The position numbers and the translations under genes were made by a program. A stretch of DNA of 61,400 nt, the filler included, from Deltaproteobacteria bacterium (GTDB lineage: Bacteria; JACQOV01): assembly GCA_016202395.1 (NCBI GenBank). It is 3 parts of 3 records of this genome, joined end to end, with 100 filler letters (N's around TTAATTAATTAA, not from the genome) between each part and the next. Parts side by side here need not be neighbours in the genome. Positions count along the whole stretch, not along the records: positions 52,950 to 61,400 come from JACQOV010000037.1; 2 more parts are not named here. One strand, written 5' to 3'. Numbering within the stretch: the stretch's first letter is position 1; the number at the start of each line of letters is the position of its first letter. The notes under the pieces are model-generated. The model had not been told where the DNA came from. It made no database searches and saw nothing but the letters and a program-made list of their open reading frames with translations. Shown here piece by piece: positions 58,835 to 61,400 of this stretch.

Positions 58835-60370
58835 TTAACCTCGTTCAAAATGTTGCAAGCGGCGGTCGAGCGACCGAAGTTGGATGGCCTCCGCTAGATG
58901 ACGAGGCAGGATCTCTTCGCTAGCATCGAGATCGGCGATCGTTCGCGCCACTTTAAGGATGCGGTTAAACCCGCGAGCGCTGAGCTGCAATCGCTCCATC
59001 GCCTTTTCCATCAAGAACTTCCCTTGAGAAGGCAAAGGGCAGAGCCGACGGAGCCATCGCAGCGGGATCTCGGAATTCCATCGAAACTCAAAGGGCCTCC
59101 AACGTTCTCGTTGAATCTTTTGAGCCTCCACCACGCGGCATTGAACCCTTGCAGAGCTTTCTCCGGTCCCGCCGCCGAGCAGCTCATGAGAGGGGAGTGG
59201 AGGGACCTCCACGTGAAGATCGATCCGATCGAGAAGCGGCCCTGAGAGTCGAGATCGATACCGAACGATTTGAGGAAGCAGACACTGGCATTCTTTGGTG
59301 GGATCGGTAAAAAATCCGCAGGGGCAAGGGTTCATCGCGGCGACCAACAAAAATCGAGAAGGATAAGTGATGGAACCCGAAGCGCGGGCGATTCGAACCA
59401 CTCCTTCTTCCAGAGGTTGACGGAGAGCTTCCAATCCGTTTCTGCGAAACTCCGGGAGTTCATCTAAAAAGAGGATGCCATTGTGAGCCAGGCTCACCTC
59501 GCCTGGGCGAAGCTCTGTTCCTCCTCCGATGAGGGCAATATCGGAGGTGGTGTGATGGGGAGCGCGGAAAGGAGGATGGCGGAGTAACCCGCTGGAAGGG
59601 GGAAGCCCGTGAACGCTATAGATCTTGGTTGTTTCCAGACTCTCCTCGAAAGTAAGAGGGGAGAGGATGGTAGGAAACCGTTGCGCAAGCAAGGTCTTGC
59701 CAGAGCCGGGGGGACCTACGAAAAGGATGTTGTGACGTCCCGCAGCAGCAATTTCCATGGCTCTTCTAGCGAATGCTTGGCCTTGGATCTCTTGAAGATC
59801 GACTAGATAGGAGGGGGTTTTTTCGTGTTCTGGATCTAAAACATGCGGTGGAATCTCCAGATTCCCATTGAGAAAGTCGACCACCTCGGGGAGTGTTTCA
59901 ATGGGGATCGTCTGAATCCCTTTAATGGCCGCCGCTTCGTTGGCATTGATTCGGGGCAGCACAATCCCCTTGAGTTTTAGGTGGGGGACGGCTGCGGCAA
60001 TGCAGAGAACCCCTGGCACCGATTTCACTTGACCATCGAGGGAAAGCTCCCCCAAGAAAAGATAATCTCCAACTCTTTCACTCGCAATAACCCCTGTGGC
60101 GGCCAAGATGCCGATGGCGATCGGGAGATCGAAGGCGCTCCCCCCTTTCTTTTGGTCGGCTGGGGCAAGGTTGACGGTGATCTTTCGTCTTGGCAGATCA
60201 TAACCGCAGTTTTTGAGAGCGCTCCGGACCCGTTCTTTACTCTCCCGAACCGCCCCTTCGACGAGGCCGACCAATGCGAATTGGGGAAGCCCCAGATGAA
60301 GGTCGACCTGTACCTCGACAGGGGAGGCCTCAATCCCTTGAGCGGTGCCGCTTAATACCTTTGCAACCAT
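58835..60370 (-). CDS. comM: YifB/ComM family Mg-chelatase-like AAA+ ATPase
   Basis: ITVNLAPA, GPPGSGKT, FRAPHH, PGEVSLAHNGILFLDELPEF, AMNPCPCG, VARTIADL. Confidence 0.93.
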   Translation of the reverse strand: MVAKVLSGTAQGIEASPVEVQVDLHLGLPQFALVGLVEGAVRESKERVRSALKNCGYDLPRRKITVNLAPADQKKGGSAFDLPIAIGILAATGVIASERVGDYLFLGELSLDGQVKSVPGVLCIAAAVPHLKLKGIVLPRINANEAAAIKGIQTIPIETLPEVVDFLNGNLEIPPHVLDPEHEKTPSYLVDLQEIQGQAFARRAMEIAAAGRHNILFVGPPGSGKTLLAQRFPTILSPLTFEESLETTKIYSVHGLPPSSGLLRHPPFRAPHHTTSDIALIGGGTELRPGEVSLAHNGILFLDELPEFRRNGLEALRQPLEEGVVRIARASGSITYPSRFLLVAAMNPCPCGFFTDPTKECQCLLPQIVRYRSRLSGPLLDRIDLHVEVPPLPSHELLGGGTGESSARVQCRVVEAQKIQRERWRPFEFRWNSEIPLRWLRRLCPLPSQGKFLMEKAMERLQLSARGFNRILKVARTIADLDASEEILPRHLAEAIQLRSLDRRLQHFERG

Positions 60371-60455
60371 AGCTCCTCTATACTCTATCGATCGCTCAGA
60401 GCCCAATGTTGCCTCCTTTTGACAAATAAATCGTGCGAATTTACAATGAAGTCCC

Positions 60456-61301
60456 ATGAAACAACTCCTTCCTGCTTGGATTCGTTCCTTTTTTCGGATA
60501 GTTCGCCTTGTTTTTCAGCGGATTCATAGCGACAGAATTCTGGGCCGGTCGGCGGAGATGGCCTACCTCACCCTCTTGGCCCTGGTCCCTGTAGCCGCTA
60601 TCCTTCTTTCTCTCCTTGCGCGCGTTTGGACGGTTTCCGAAAAGATGGTTCAGATCCAACAAAGGCTATTCGAGTTGGTGATCCCTTCTACGGCTGTGGT
60701 TGTGATTGATTACATCCATAGCTTCGCGCAGAACGCTACGGCCGTGAGCTACGTGGGGTTCATTTTCTTTCTCCTTGCGGCCGCAGGCCTTTTCAATGGG
60801 ATTGAAGCCACCTTTAACAACATTTGGGGATTGAAACGTTCTCGACCCCGGTATGTGAAGCTTCTCGCATTTTGCGGTTTTTTCACTGTGGCCCCATTTC
60901 TTCTGGGGCTTTCGACCTACGTGACTGTCTATGTGGCCGATTTGGAGGTGTTTCGAGAGATGCTGGGTGTGGGCTTTGTTCACAGGATTTTACGTGTGGG
61001 GATCCCCTATCTCCTTACTTTTTTAGGGTTTTCTGTGGCCTATTTCGTGATGCCTCACTCGAAAGTTCGAAAAGAGGCGGCTTTGATCGGAGGAGGGGTA
61101 GCAGCCCTCCTTTGGGAAGGGGCCAAAGAGGGGTTCGATTACTACATCTCCCATGTGGTGGACTATAGCCATCTCTATGGGGCCTTAGGGGTTATCCCGA
61201 TTTTCCTCGTATGGCTCTACGTTTCTTGGTTGGCGATCCTTTTCGGGGCCGAACTGAGTTTTGTCCTCCATAACCATACGAAGGGGATGGATATTATTTA
61301 A
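60456..61301 (+). CDS. YihY/virulence factor BrkB family membrane protein
   Basis: AY.TLLALVP, FNNIW, LWE.AK..F..Y, YGALG.IP.FL.WLY.SW...L.GAE. Confidence 0.92.
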   Translation: MKQLLPAWIRSFFRIVRLVFQRIHSDRILGRSAEMAYLTLLALVPVAAILLSLLARVWTVSEKMVQIQQRLFELVIPSTAVVVIDYIHSFAQNATAVSYVGFIFFLLAAAGLFNGIEATFNNIWGLKRSRPRYVKLLAFCGFFTVAPFLLGLSTYVTVYVADLEVFREMLGVGFVHRILRVGIPYLLTFLGFSVAYFVMPHSKVRKEAALIGGGVAALLWEGAKEGFDYYISHVVDYSHLYGALGVIPIFLVWLYVSWLAILFGAELSFVLHNHTKGMDII

Positions 61302-61380
61302 CCATTTGATTTTAAATGATATTTTTATATTGACAAACTTCGATGGAAGTGTTAATTTAAGGATGTAGCTTTGTTTTGAT

Positions 61381-61400
61381 AGGCTGTTCAAAAAGCTCCA
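61381..61400 (+). repeat. Start of another copy of the 13687-13842 MITE
   Basis: AGGCTGTTCAAAAAGCTCCA is identical to 13717-13736. Confidence 0.7.

Overview
A 61.4 kb piece of a draft bacterial genome. Gene content and order suggest a deltaproteobacterial-type MAG; this is inference. It consists of three contigs joined by artificial N/TTAATTAATTAA spacers at 30382-30481 and 52850-52949, so adjacency across those spacers is not biological. Most of the window is housekeeping: nuoA-L; gpsA-mfd-three parvulin PPIases-pdxA-uvrA-queA-tgt-yajC-secD-secF; a three-gene 2-oxoacid:ferredoxin oxidoreductase followed by icd-mdh-sdhCAB-sucCD-ndk; 6S RNA-ygfA-rny-ymdB-tyrS; tRNA-Leu, tRNA-Ala, a HAL2-type nucleotidase, rlmN, comM/yifB and yihY. 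There are three small accessory patches. (i) 10.7-13.5 kb holds a signal-peptide mini-RHS protein, a DUF1016-N/thermonuclease fusion and BrnT/BrnA. (ii) An AbiE type IV TA cassette with no integrase is bracketed by a perfect 69-bp duplication of the ndk 3' end. (iii) A BrnT-like TA pair is followed by an in-frame gene remnant. The most striking cross-cutting signal is a dense set of small palindromic non-autonomous elements (REP-like hairpins and TIR-bounded MITEs). They nest inside one another, sit at gene and contig ends, supply stop codons, and are translated in frame inside NuoC, NuoG, Mfd and a histidine kinase linker.
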